DNA from: a virus | IMG/VR virus record: IMGVR_UViG_3300031972_002446 | Span: 101,941 to 165,940 of that record | Direction: 5' to 3' (one strand) | Length of the DNA stretch: 64,000 bases | Part shown: piece after piece, positions 27,863 through 37,145 of the stretch | How the letters are laid out: each line of letters begins with the position of its first letter | How positions within the stretch are numbered: the stretch's first letter is position 1 | Program-made: the position numbers and the translations under genes | Notes under the pieces: model-generated | The model's database searches: none | Told to the model about the DNA's origin: nothing | What the model saw: the letters and a program-made list of their open reading frames with translations, nothing else

Positions 27863-28965
27863 TTAAAAAGCTCTTTTAAAAAGTGTTGTTCTGTAAATAT
27901 TTGTTTATCAAAATTATTAAGTTTATCTTGTTTTTGTTTTTGATCCATTTCGTATGCTTCTCGCATAGAGCTTCTGATTGAATCTAAGAATGGCTCTCTC
28001 CACTTTTCATATATTGTGAATGTATTTTCCATATAAAAGTCTTTACTGTACACATTCGTTAATATGCTTTCTATTTCGATACCGTTTTGGTTATTAATAT
28101 ATGTATTGGCACCGGTTCCAGAATTTACTATTGTAATATTATCAAATAACATAGATTCTATAGAGCTTGCTCCAAAATTTTGAGCTTTACAAACATCTAC
28201 ATAACAGTCGCACTGGTTATGCATTCTCATAATATATTCTTGTTCGTAATGCCCTACTATAATTCTTGGTATTTGGGATGTTTTAGCATCTATTCTTAGC
28301 GACCTTTCTATCTGCTTTATGTCATAGGCTATCATTCTTTCACTTTCCTGATCATCAAAACCCTGCATATCAGTTTTAATTAACAACTTAACATCATCGT
28401 TTTTAGTAAACTCCATTAAAAAAGCCGCTATTAAAGCTTTTATATTATTTTTATCTTTATGTTTCGCAATATAGTAAAAAACAAAATCATTATCTTGATT
28501 ATCAAATAGATCAGGATGATCTTTATTAAAATGCTCCATATTAAATGGCTCAGGTATTATATTGGTTTTAATATTTACACCAGCATCTAGAATAGATTGA
28601 CGAGACCAAACAGAAGGAACAATCACCCTATCCATCATATTGATTCTTTCAGCCCATCCCGTATGTCCAATATTGTATGTATCTACTATAGGTATGCATA
28701 CATTTTCACCAAATTCTTCTCTATATTCAAAACAATTAGCAAAACCATGCTGAATAACCATATCATAATTTTGACTGATATTATCTTCAAATTCCACATA
28801 GTCTTTACCTGCTTCGTTACTATTATCTAAGTAGGGAGTAAAATATATGGGCCTAATAGATAAGTTTATATCAAAATCATAGCCTAAAGCATCTATGTAT
28901 CTTCTAGCAGATCTTCCCAGACCAGTATTTTCTTTATAGGGTCCTATATATAGTATATTCTTCAT
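27859..28965 (-). CDS. GT-B (GT4-like) glycosyltransferase
   Basis: TGLGRSAR, IVPSVWS, KNNIKALIAAF, CDCYV...NFGASSIESM. Confidence 0.75.
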   Translation of the reverse strand: MKNILYIGPYKENTGLGRSARRYIDALGYDFDINLSIRPIYFTPYLDNSNEAGKDYVEFEDNISQNYDMVIQHGFANCFEYREEFGENVCIPIVDTYNIGHTGWAERINMMDRVIVPSVWSRQSILDAGVNIKTNIIPEPFNMEHFNKDHPDLFDNQDNDFVFYYIAKHKDKNNIKALIAAFLMEFTKNDDVKLLIKTDMQGFDDQESERMIAYDIKQIERSLRIDAKTSQIPRIIVGHYEQEYIMRMHNQCDCYVDVCKAQNFGASSIESMLFDNITIVNSGTGANTYINNQNGIEIESILTNVYSKDFYMENTFTIYEKWREPFLDSIRSSMREAYEMDQKQKQDKLNNFDKQIFTEQHFLKELFK

Positions 28966-28973
28966 ATTGTCTT

Positions 28974-30584
28974 TTAATAGTTAAGAAAGTCTTTTTGAGC
29001 AATAATATTTCGATCTTTTAAGAATCCATTAAGCATTTTTTTATTATTAAACCATACTTCCAATACTTTTTTAGCATCTTCTCTACCATAGGGTTGAGAT
29101 TGATTATCTCCGTTTAGAATATAACCTAAATCCAGAGCTTTAACCATTTGCTGTATAAAAAAACTATCTTTAAGAGATTGCTCTTGAATAATATTATCTA
29201 TAATGTAGTATATAAACTCACGATTATTCTCTAGATCTGGTACGGACTTGTTGATTTGATCGAAATAGGAACCAGGTAAAGGTTTCCATCTTTTATATGA
29301 TAGTTTCTCAGTATTATCAAAAATTTCTTCAAATATATTACAAGTCTTATCCCATGAGTGTTTATCTAACACACTTTGCCTTATTTTAGTTTTAATATCT
29401 AACATATCTATATGTGGCATGTTTAGATAATTTTCTATAATCTTTACACAATCTTTGTTGTTGGGTAAAACTCTTATAGCACTACTTTCCTGCTCTGTAA
29501 ATAATGACTGCACGCTCACAGAAGCACAACTTAAATCTTCTGCAAGCTCTTGCATTGCTCCGTGGTCTATATTAATAAAAGGTATCCCGCACGACGCTGC
29601 TTCTAAAGGAGGTATACCAAATCCTTCGCATATGGCGTATTGTAAGTATACATCGAATATATTGTATATCTGACATAAATCTACATCTTCGACCCCATGA
29701 GATACTTGCGATAATATCATGGATTTATTACCGCATTTAGGACAGATAGATTTTTCACCTTTCCAAACCATAGGTTGCCAATTCTTGCATTTTTTGCAAA
29801 AATATGTGAAAAAGACTTTATTGCAAATGTCGTATCTTAATAAAAGCTCTGGTATGTCCCAACCATGAGTCTCTGGGTAGCTGGTATGTAAATATAAGTA
29901 CGCATTGTCATGCTTGGCGCTAATTTGAGAAAACACATCTAATACGTCTGGTATGAGTTTTCTTTTCTGATTTCTCATAACACTCCCTATTACAAATGCA
30001 TCAAGAGGAATATTATGTTTTTGACGTACTGTGATTTTGTTTTGAGGTTTAAAAATATCAGTATCTATAGAATCTTTTACGACACCGTCAACCCTTAGAT
30101 TATATCTATTTTCTATCTCTTTTTTTGCCCACAGGGTATGAGTTAATAGGGTGTCGCAGTTTTTAATACAATCCAACCACTCTGCTCGAACAGGGAAGCT
30201 ATCTATCGTTGGTGCTAATATCCAGTGAAATTTCTCTCTAAAAACAGAAGCTCTTTGAAAAAGAGCCATCATCACATCTCTGAAATCTACAACAATATCT
30301 GGTTGAAAATCCGCCACCACTAGATCAAAACGCCATTGACCAAATTGATTAGAAAAATTAGATGAATAAGAATTAAATCTTTCGTCTTTTTGGTCTACTG
30401 CATTGGGGTAGATCTTCCATTTTTCCGATTCTGCTTTTGAAGTCTCCACTGTTCTATAACAGGAGAGTTCCGCTATATCGTATTTATTGGTTTTATATAA
30501 TCTACTCAGTATAGATTTAGTATAATTACCATAGCCAGAGTTTACTTGACCCGATTCGGTGCAAAAAAGTATTTTCTTTTTCAT
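28974..30584 (-). CDS. GT4 glycosyltransferase with inserted Zn ribbon
   Basis: SGYG, RNQKRK, EGFGIPPLEAASCG; CKKC...CPKC insert. Confidence 0.85.
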   Translation of the reverse strand: MKKKILFCTESGQVNSGYGNYTKSILSRLYKTNKYDIAELSCYRTVETSKAESEKWKIYPNAVDQKDERFNSYSSNFSNQFGQWRFDLVVADFQPDIVVDFRDVMMALFQRASVFREKFHWILAPTIDSFPVRAEWLDCIKNCDTLLTHTLWAKKEIENRYNLRVDGVVKDSIDTDIFKPQNKITVRQKHNIPLDAFVIGSVMRNQKRKLIPDVLDVFSQISAKHDNAYLYLHTSYPETHGWDIPELLLRYDICNKVFFTYFCKKCKNWQPMVWKGEKSICPKCGNKSMILSQVSHGVEDVDLCQIYNIFDVYLQYAICEGFGIPPLEAASCGIPFINIDHGAMQELAEDLSCASVSVQSLFTEQESSAIRVLPNNKDCVKIIENYLNMPHIDMLDIKTKIRQSVLDKHSWDKTCNIFEEIFDNTEKLSYKRWKPLPGSYFDQINKSVPDLENNREFIYYIIDNIIQEQSLKDSFFIQQMVKALDLGYILNGDNQSQPYGREDAKKVLEVWFNNKKMLNGFLKDRNIIAQKDFLNY

Positions 30585-30613
30585 ATTAATAAATATAATA
30601 ATGTTGAGTATAT

Positions 30614-30657
30614 AAAAAATGTATGGGGGCCTATCATATTAATAAACCCCCACACAT
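30614..30657 (-). terminator. Rho-independent terminator downstream of ssb
   Basis: - strand: ATGTGTGGGGGTTTAT...ATAGGCCCCCATACAT followed by TTTTT. Confidence 0.7.
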
Positions 30658-30677
30658 CAACAACAACACACTAAAAC

Positions 30678-31073
30678 CTAAAAAGCAACTGCTTCCTCGG
30701 TAGTCTCTGTCGTACCACTAGTTGTGGGCTTATTGCTAGATTTAGCAACCTTTTGAATTCGAGCAAAATTATTTACTCTGATCTTCATGGTTGATCGTTT
30801 TACACCATCTTTTTCCCAGGAGTCATTTCTAAGAGAGCCTTCAATCATAACTAAGTCTCCCTTCCTGAAAGATGAGGCAATAGCCTCTGCCCCAGTATCC
30901 CATGCTTCACAATTAACAAAAGTTGTAACCTTATCTCTTTCTCCATTATTTTTAGTAAATTCTCTAGAAACAGCTACAGTAAAATTTACTACGGCGGTTT
31001 CTTTACCTGACGGATTTACATATCTAATCTCAGGATCTCTAGCGAGGTTACCTCTCAAAATTACTAAATTCAT
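30678..31073 (-). CDS. ssb: Single-stranded DNA-binding protein
   Basis: MNLVILRGNLARDPEIRY...VNCEAW...KGDLVMIEGSL...SWEKDG; acidic tail ending in F. Confidence 0.95.
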   Translation of the reverse strand: MNLVILRGNLARDPEIRYVNPSGKETAVVNFTVAVSREFTKNNGERDKVTTFVNCEAWDTGAEAIASSFRKGDLVMIEGSLRNDSWEKDGVKRSTMKIRVNNFARIQKVAKSSNKPTTSGTTETTEEAVAF

Positions 31074-31120
31074 AATAAATTCCTTCCAATCTATAAAGTA
31101 AAGGGTTGCTGACTACATTT

Positions 31121-31149
31121 ATTATACGGCGAGATCTAGTCGTAGTCAA
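31121..31149 (-). promoter_or_regulatory. Near-consensus sigma70 promoter for ssb
   Basis: TTGACT (31149-44), 17-nt spacer, TATAAT (31126-21), in the intergenic gap. Confidence 0.8.
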
Positions 31150-31150
31150 G

Positions 31151-32758
31151 CTAGACTTGCCAACATTTCTTAACAATATAAGAATCACGATTTTTAGATT
31201 TATCTAAAGTTATTAATACGGTATTACCTTCTATCAGTAAATCTTTATATTTGATGTATTCTTCTGGAAATATAACAAGATCGGTGATTCCTGTAGAATC
31301 TGCAATTTTAACAAAAGCCATTTCTTGTCCCGGATTTAAACCTCTTTTAGTTTTTATAACATTAATATCACTAACTTCTGCGCCTACGATAGGTGTTTTG
31401 GGACATTTATCATTATTTAGATCTTTACATTCAGAATTAGCCGAGTAAATATCACACCCATCTATTTTATGGCATGTTAAAGAGGTCCCCAAATGAAACT
31501 TTTCGTTATCTGCTATCCATTCAGGAGTATCGTCAAGATTGTAAGGAGGGTTGTTAATGCTTTTAATAATGGAAGATATTATGTTTTTTCTTTTAGCTGT
31601 AATTTTTTTTACGTCATTATTTATTAATTTATCAAGTATTAACGATATCTCTGTGTTTTTATCAATAAATTGTTCAGCTATAGTAAGCTCTCTATCTGTC
31701 AAACTATTTAAACAATCATAGTAAAATAGCATACGATTTCTTGATATAGTTATATTATCTATAGCTCCTACGGATATTAAGGCTTTAGCTGCTGTAGAGT
31801 TGATATGTCTAAGAAATTTATAATATAATTCAATAAATGTTATATTGTCTAATTCTATATTAGATAATAAATCTTTTATTTTTTCAAAAACAGAGTTGCC
31901 AACTCCTTTAACATTTGTTAAACCAAAACATATATTACCTTTAGTAGATATAAAAAAATCTTTTTCGGGTTGTTGGATAGAGGGTCCATATACTTCTATA
32001 TCCATCTGATTAGCATTGCCTATAAGCTCTTGTATTTCTCTCAAAGGATCCATTTTATCTTTAGCAAATTTTAAGTAAGATGCAAAAAAATGTTTAGGGA
32101 AATGAGCTTTAACATAAGCAGACAGGTAGGCGTTGTAAGCATAGCTAACAGCATGGCTTTTATTAAAAGAATATCTTTGAGATTTTTCAATCCAACCAAA
32201 AATCTGCTCAGCCTCATCTTTATTGATAATTTTGGCACTTGATGACTTTTTCATAAAAAGTTTTTTAATTTTCATCATCTCTTCTGGCTTCTTTTTACCA
32301 ATAGCTTTACGTAGCTTATCTGCTTCTGTCAAGTCAAATTCTGCTACATGTTGACATATTTGCATCGCTTGTTCTTGATATACCATTTCTCCATATGTTG
32401 TTTTTAAAATAGGCTCTAAAGAAGGATGAAAGAAATCTATCTCCTCTTGTAAATTTTTCTTATCTATATAATGATTGCTAACAGATTTACCATCTCTGTA
32501 AGCCTCTAAACAACCCGGTCGCATGATACTAATTAGCGCTGATAATTGTTCTATATTTTCTGGCTTAAGTTTTTTAGACATCATTTGACCCAACCTAGAC
32601 TCTAACTGAAAACACCCCTTAGTGTTTCCTTCAGCTATTAGTCTCCATGTTTGTGGACAATCCAAGTCTATTTTCTCTATATCAATATCTATATCGATAC
32701 CACCATCAGCATTTACATCAAAACAGCAGTTGCACTCATTAAAAGATATATGTTTCAT
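31151..32758 (-). CDS. dnaE: DNA polymerase III alpha, C-terminal half (fingers/HhH/OB)
   Basis: GCFQLES, RPG, TYGEMVYQEQAMQI, ADKLRKAIGKK, YSFNKSHAVSY, GLTNVKGVG, MAFVKIAD. Confidence 0.93.
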   Translation of the reverse strand: MKHISFNECNCCFDVNADGGIDIDIDIEKIDLDCPQTWRLIAEGNTKGCFQLESRLGQMMSKKLKPENIEQLSALISIMRPGCLEAYRDGKSVSNHYIDKKNLQEEIDFFHPSLEPILKTTYGEMVYQEQAMQICQHVAEFDLTEADKLRKAIGKKKPEEMMKIKKLFMKKSSSAKIINKDEAEQIFGWIEKSQRYSFNKSHAVSYAYNAYLSAYVKAHFPKHFFASYLKFAKDKMDPLREIQELIGNANQMDIEVYGPSIQQPEKDFFISTKGNICFGLTNVKGVGNSVFEKIKDLLSNIELDNITFIELYYKFLRHINSTAAKALISVGAIDNITISRNRMLFYYDCLNSLTDRELTIAEQFIDKNTEISLILDKLINNDVKKITAKRKNIISSIIKSINNPPYNLDDTPEWIADNEKFHLGTSLTCHKIDGCDIYSANSECKDLNNDKCPKTPIVGAEVSDINVIKTKRGLNPGQEMAFVKIADSTGITDLVIFPEEYIKYKDLLIEGNTVLITLDKSKNRDSYIVKKCWQV

Positions 32759-33453
32759 GTTTTAAACGCATCCTTAAATTTAATTTTTTGACTCAAGCTT
32801 TTATGAAGTTTTAAAAATCTAATCAAGATATTAGCACAATCTTCTACATCTTTAATAGCGTCATGAGCATTATCCTTACTAAGACCTAAATAATCTCTCA
32901 TATTATCCAGAGATAACGATTTGACTTCGGAGATATAGGTTGTCCACATAAACATCACATGTAATAAGTCGATTTTATCCCTGGGGTGAAATAGACAAGT
33001 CTCTCCCTCCCTATTAGTATTATCATATTTTTGACTTAGCCTATTTACAATAGTCATGTCAAACCTGAGTATATTATACCCGCAAGCTATAGGTGCTGTA
33101 AACTGTGATTTTTTACCGCCATAACCTTTATAATGATATTTATCTAAATATGATACAAACTGAGCCCATGATTGTTTCTGTTCCGGATATTTTTTCCAGT
33201 CTTTTAAAATCTGTGCTGCCGATACCGATTTAACCTTGCCGTGCCAATCTAAAATATCAGAATCAGTATAAGGGTTATCTATAGAGCAGTCTTCTAGTTT
33301 TTCGGGCTTGATAAATGTATTAAACTGAGATTTATCAATGATTTCTAATCTAATTGGGTCTACCATCACCGATGATAGTTGAACAGGGCTGCACAGCGAT
33401 GGATCCTTGCCATCTGTTTCAAAATCAAAGACACAAATTTTATTTTTAATCAT
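32755..33453 (-). CDS. DEDDh 3'-5' exonuclease (DnaQ/epsilon-like)
   Basis: VFDFETDG, GYNILRFD, HDAIKD. Confidence 0.88.
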   Translation of the reverse strand: MIKNKICVFDFETDGKDPSLCSPVQLSSVMVDPIRLEIIDKSQFNTFIKPEKLEDCSIDNPYTDSDILDWHGKVKSVSAAQILKDWKKYPEQKQSWAQFVSYLDKYHYKGYGGKKSQFTAPIACGYNILRFDMTIVNRLSQKYDNTNREGETCLFHPRDKIDLLHVMFMWTTYISEVKSLSLDNMRDYLGLSKDNAHDAIKDVEDCANILIRFLKLHKSLSQKIKFKDAFKT

Positions 33454-33626
33454 TTAATCTCTTCTACTTTCTTTTTATATTCGAATAAAACATTTTTGTT
33501 GTTTTCTAAATCGACAGCATTACTTTGTATTTCACAACAACTTTTTTTTATTTCTGGTACCTTCAGATACTCTCTATTTTTATATGTAAATCTTTGTCCA
33601 GTTTTTAGTTTAGAAAAATCTATCAT
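33450..33626 (-). CDS. Small 58-aa hypothetical protein (below the ORF-track cutoff)
   Basis: MIDFSKLKTGQRFTYKNREYLKVPEIKKSCCEIQSNAVDLENNKNVLFEYKKKVEEIK; ATGA overlaps at both ends. Confidence 0.7.
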   Translation of the reverse strand: MIDFSKLKTGQRFTYKNREYLKVPEIKKSCCEIQSNAVDLENNKNVLFEYKKKVEEIK

Positions 33627-35494
33627 ACTATAGCCTTTATTTTTAGTGTTCTTTGAGTGTGCATTATTTTATCAAGTAAAGCGATACCTAAAATATCGAA
33701 CTTAATAACACCTATAGATTCTAGATCTCCCATTTCGAAACCAGCGATACTTTGTTTTGTCTTAGTATCCCATAACATAGGACATATAGAGCTTAATTCG
33801 TTATTAGCGATTGCGATACCAGCAGCATGTTTAGATTGATTATATTTCGACCCTTCAAGCCTGATTGCTTGTTCAAACCTTTTTGAAAGAGGACCTTGCA
33901 ATTCTCCTTTATCATCTATATAACACCAGTCTTTTAATTTTTTAGAATTATTTTCCAAAGACCATTTGATAATGGAAGCATCTTCCATTTCCTGTAATTC
34001 GTCTGCAATTTTAGCTTCATCAGGAATATTTTTAGTTATACGATTCATTTCTTCAAAAGAAATATTACCGTATACTCTTAAAACTTCCTTCAGAGCCCCT
34101 CTACCTTTAAGTGTATTAAAAGTTATCATTTGAGAAACTTTGTCATTGCCGTATTTATCTTTAATATAATTAATGATAGATTCTCTATATTCGATAGGGA
34201 CATCTACATCAATATCGGGCATAGATATATGAGATTTAGTGTTTCTGCCTGTGTTATAGAATCTTTCGAAAATTAAATTATATTTAAGAGGATCAATTGC
34301 TGTGATACCAATCAAATAAGAAACCAAGCATCCCGCAGCACTACCCCTACCGGGACCAGGCAAACAGTTTTGAGATTTAACATATTCTACAATATCTCTG
34401 ACAATTAAAAAGTAACTTGCAAGGTTTGCAGCTTCTAGAACTTCAAATTCTTTCTTAACCCTATCTACATATATTTGATGTTTATCTTTGGGTATTATGT
34501 CTTTTATTTTTTGCTTCCAACCTATTCTACATAATTCTCGAATATATTCTATGGGGGTTTGTTTGTTTGGACATCTAAAATCTGGAAGTTGTGGAGAGAT
34601 TAATATATTGTAGTCCTCGCAAAGACTGTCTATTTTTAGAGTATTTTCTAATTCTTCCTTGTCGTGTATTTCAGACATCTCTTCAGCCGAAAGTATATAA
34701 TATTTATCGGAAGTAAAGAATGATGACAAGGGAACTTTTTCTTCATTTATTATTTTTTTTGATATTTCAGGAAGTGTTGTCTTTAAAGAACTACATAACA
34801 AAACTCTTTGATCTACAGCATCCGCCATTTCACAGTAATGAGCGTCTATAGTAGCGACTCTTTGTAAATTATTATCTATTGCTAATTGTCTTAGATTTTT
34901 ACCAATAGTTTGTTGATGGGTATTATCTGTGTCCATAAGCTGTATTTCTACATAGACATTGTCTTTACCAAATACCTCTTGCAATTGCTCAATATGTTTT
35001 AATCCTTTATCTTGCCAATTGTCTACTAAGGATTCTTTTTCGAAACTATAAATTTCATTACCTAGAGTAGAACCCGGATGTCCAGATATACATATCAAAT
35101 TCTGTTTATTTATTATTTTTTTTAATATTTGAATATCGAGTCTTGGTTTATGATAAAAATATTTTTCGTTATTAGATAAAGATACTATCTTAATCAGATC
35201 TTGCCAGCCATCATAATTTTTACAAAGGACTACGAGATGTGATAATGATTTTTTATTTTTATCTTTTATTGATGCGTCGCTATTGGTAATATACAACTCG
35301 CAACCCATAATTGGTTTGATATCATTTTTCTTCATGGTTTTATAGAAATCTACATTTCCAGATATAGTACCATGATCTGTAATAGCACAGGACTTAAAGC
35401 CTAACTTTTTACATCTTTTGGCTATTTGTTCAGGTTTGGAGAGCCCGTCCAATAAGCTATAATGACTATGCACATGTAAAGGGATGTACATCAA
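33623..35494 (-). CDS. dnaE: DNA polymerase III alpha, N-terminal half (PHP + palm)
   Basis: LHVHSHYSLLDG, AITDHG, GPGRGSAAG, FERF, MPDIDVD, HAAG, KFDILG. Confidence 0.95.
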   Translation of the reverse strand: MMYIPLHVHSHYSLLDGLSKPEQIAKRCKKLGFKSCAITDHGTISGNVDFYKTMKKNDIKPIMGCELYITNSDASIKDKNKKSLSHLVVLCKNYDGWQDLIKIVSLSNNEKYFYHKPRLDIQILKKIINKQNLICISGHPGSTLGNEIYSFEKESLVDNWQDKGLKHIEQLQEVFGKDNVYVEIQLMDTDNTHQQTIGKNLRQLAIDNNLQRVATIDAHYCEMADAVDQRVLLCSSLKTTLPEISKKIINEEKVPLSSFFTSDKYYILSAEEMSEIHDKEELENTLKIDSLCEDYNILISPQLPDFRCPNKQTPIEYIRELCRIGWKQKIKDIIPKDKHQIYVDRVKKEFEVLEAANLASYFLIVRDIVEYVKSQNCLPGPGRGSAAGCLVSYLIGITAIDPLKYNLIFERFYNTGRNTKSHISMPDIDVDVPIEYRESIINYIKDKYGNDKVSQMITFNTLKGRGALKEVLRVYGNISFEEMNRITKNIPDEAKIADELQEMEDASIIKWSLENNSKKLKDWCYIDDKGELQGPLSKRFEQAIRLEGSKYNQSKHAAGIAIANNELSSICPMLWDTKTKQSIAGFEMGDLESIGVIKFDILGIALLDKIMHTQRTLKIKAIV

Positions 35495-36555
35495 ACTTCT
35501 CCTGGGGCTTTATATTTATCAACTGAATGTCCTGGCATGGTATAATTATCAACAACATAATTCATTCCGTTTAACTCTGTATCATGCTTGAGTTGTTCAC
35601 ATTGTGTCATAAGGCCGTCTTTAGGGCTTCTTTGCCCATCTCTGTACTCTATCATAGGCGATACTTCTGGATCATTCAAGAAAGTATTTTTACCAAAGTG
35701 ACATAATTTACTACACTTCCATGTTTTACTTAGCTTGGGTTTTGTGGTCTTCCTAATTCTATCGAATTTTTGTCTAATCATATATTCTGCATGTACGGCG
35801 TTATCTTCATTATCAAAGCATACAGAGAATGGTCCTCCGTCGTTCATAAAATTAATAGTCATAATAATATGTTTAAATTCTGGAAACAATCTATGAATAG
35901 CATAATGATATATTCTTAATTGAGGATCTTGTTCTAATTTTTCCTGTGTTTTTTCTTCACCTGTTGCCCAGTTTAATCTTCTACCTGTTTTCCAATCAAT
36001 GATTTCTAGAGTGTCCTCAGATACTTGCGTAATTAAATCAACTGTTCCTTTGATAGAAAGATTACCTTCTAATTTTTGTTGATTGTTGTCGTAAGTATAT
36101 TTTGCCCACTCTTTTTCAATAGGTATATCAAAATGTTGTTCAGCTCTAAACACATTCCTTAATCTAGGATCAAAAAGCCTATTGTTTCCCCTAAGAGTCT
36201 TGCTGACCCATTCGGTACAATCTTTTCTGTCTTTTTCATACCACTCATGATGTGTAAATTGGGATGTGTAATAGTCGTAGACGGCGTTACATAAATATAA
36301 AACATATTTATTATCAAACATATCGCATTTATCTAGGTCTATATTACCTATGATCTCATCTTCTATTGATGGTTCTTTATCTTGTATGCCTTTTTTCATT
36401 AAAGCTAATATTTCTAATACTTTATGAACTATAGTACCCTTGTCTGCTTTTTTATTTGATAAACCCCTTCTACCAAGAACATATTCGATAAAATATTGCT
36501 GCTCACACATATTATGGGTACCATACGAAGAGCTTCTGAAGTATGTAATTATAAT
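35491..36555 (-). CDS. Cas4/RecB/AddB-like PD-(D/E)XK exonuclease with probable Fe-S cysteines; likely non-AUG start
   Basis: GTIVHKVLE, KGTVDL, IIDWKTG, QLRIY, CSKLC; frame extends upstream of ATG 36510 as IIITYFRSSSYGTHNMC. Confidence 0.8.
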   Translation of the reverse strand: MIITYFRSSSYGTHNMCEQQYFIEYVLGRRGLSNKKADKGTIVHKVLEILALMKKGIQDKEPSIEDEIIGNIDLDKCDMFDNKYVLYLCNAVYDYYTSQFTHHEWYEKDRKDCTEWVSKTLRGNNRLFDPRLRNVFRAEQHFDIPIEKEWAKYTYDNNQQKLEGNLSIKGTVDLITQVSEDTLEIIDWKTGRRLNWATGEEKTQEKLEQDPQLRIYHYAIHRLFPEFKHIIMTINFMNDGGPFSVCFDNEDNAVHAEYMIRQKFDRIRKTTKPKLSKTWKCSKLCHFGKNTFLNDPEVSPMIEYRDGQRSPKDGLMTQCEQLKHDTELNGMNYVVDNYTMPGHSVDKYKAPGEV

Positions 36556-37145
36556 GATATCACCTTTTCTTGTATGAGTAGATTGTGTATCTGTCCTTCT
36601 TTTTCTTCTATAGATAAGTTTGTATTATCTATAACTAAATCAAAGTTAGACTGATCGTAATTATTTTCATCTAAAGCACTTTCACTTGAGTGCTGTGAAT
36701 TAAAGAGATTTCTATTTAATTTAACAACTAAACCTCCTACAGACTTAACTGCTTCAACTTCGTTGGGAAATCTACAATCTGCAATTAATGCGAGATTCGG
36801 ATTTTCTTTTTCAATGAGTCTTATAGTAGAATCCGCCCAAACATTATTTTGCATAGACCTAAACACATCAGTTCCAACATACTGTAAAACTTCTCTGGCG
36901 GTCATTTCTGCATTTGTTCCAGGCCAATAGCAATTCACTAATTCATTTTTATGATCATCTGTGCCGTAGCATTGATGGCGTTTTAAACCAAAAATATCCA
37001 TACACATTTGTTTTAAAGGATCTGCGAAATTATATATTTTAGCTGTGTTGCTAGTCAATGGCGTGTCGTAAATGCTTTGTACAAATTCACACGAACTGGT
37101 TTTCCCAGATTGTTTTCTACCAGCGAAAGCTATAATTTTAAACAT
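36549..37145 (-). CDS. Deoxynucleoside monophosphate kinase
   Basis: AGRKQSGKT, FADPLK, REVLQYVGTD, DCRFPNE, HSSE. Confidence 0.9.
   Translation of the reverse strand: MFKIIAFAGRKQSGKTSSCEFVQSIYDTPLTSNTAKIYNFADPLKQMCMDIFGLKRHQCYGTDDHKNELVNCYWPGTNAEMTAREVLQYVGTDVFRSMQNNVWADSTIRLIEKENPNLALIADCRFPNEVEAVKSVGGLVVKLNRNLFNSQHSSESALDENNYDQSNFDLVIDNTNLSIEEKEGQIHNLLIQEKVISL

Noticed and set aside
32700-33700. Split intein at the DnaE break
   Set aside because: DnaE-N has only ~20 aa after KFDILG with no C/S-initiated intein block. DnaE-C starts MKHISFNECNCC with no intein block F/G (HN) signature.
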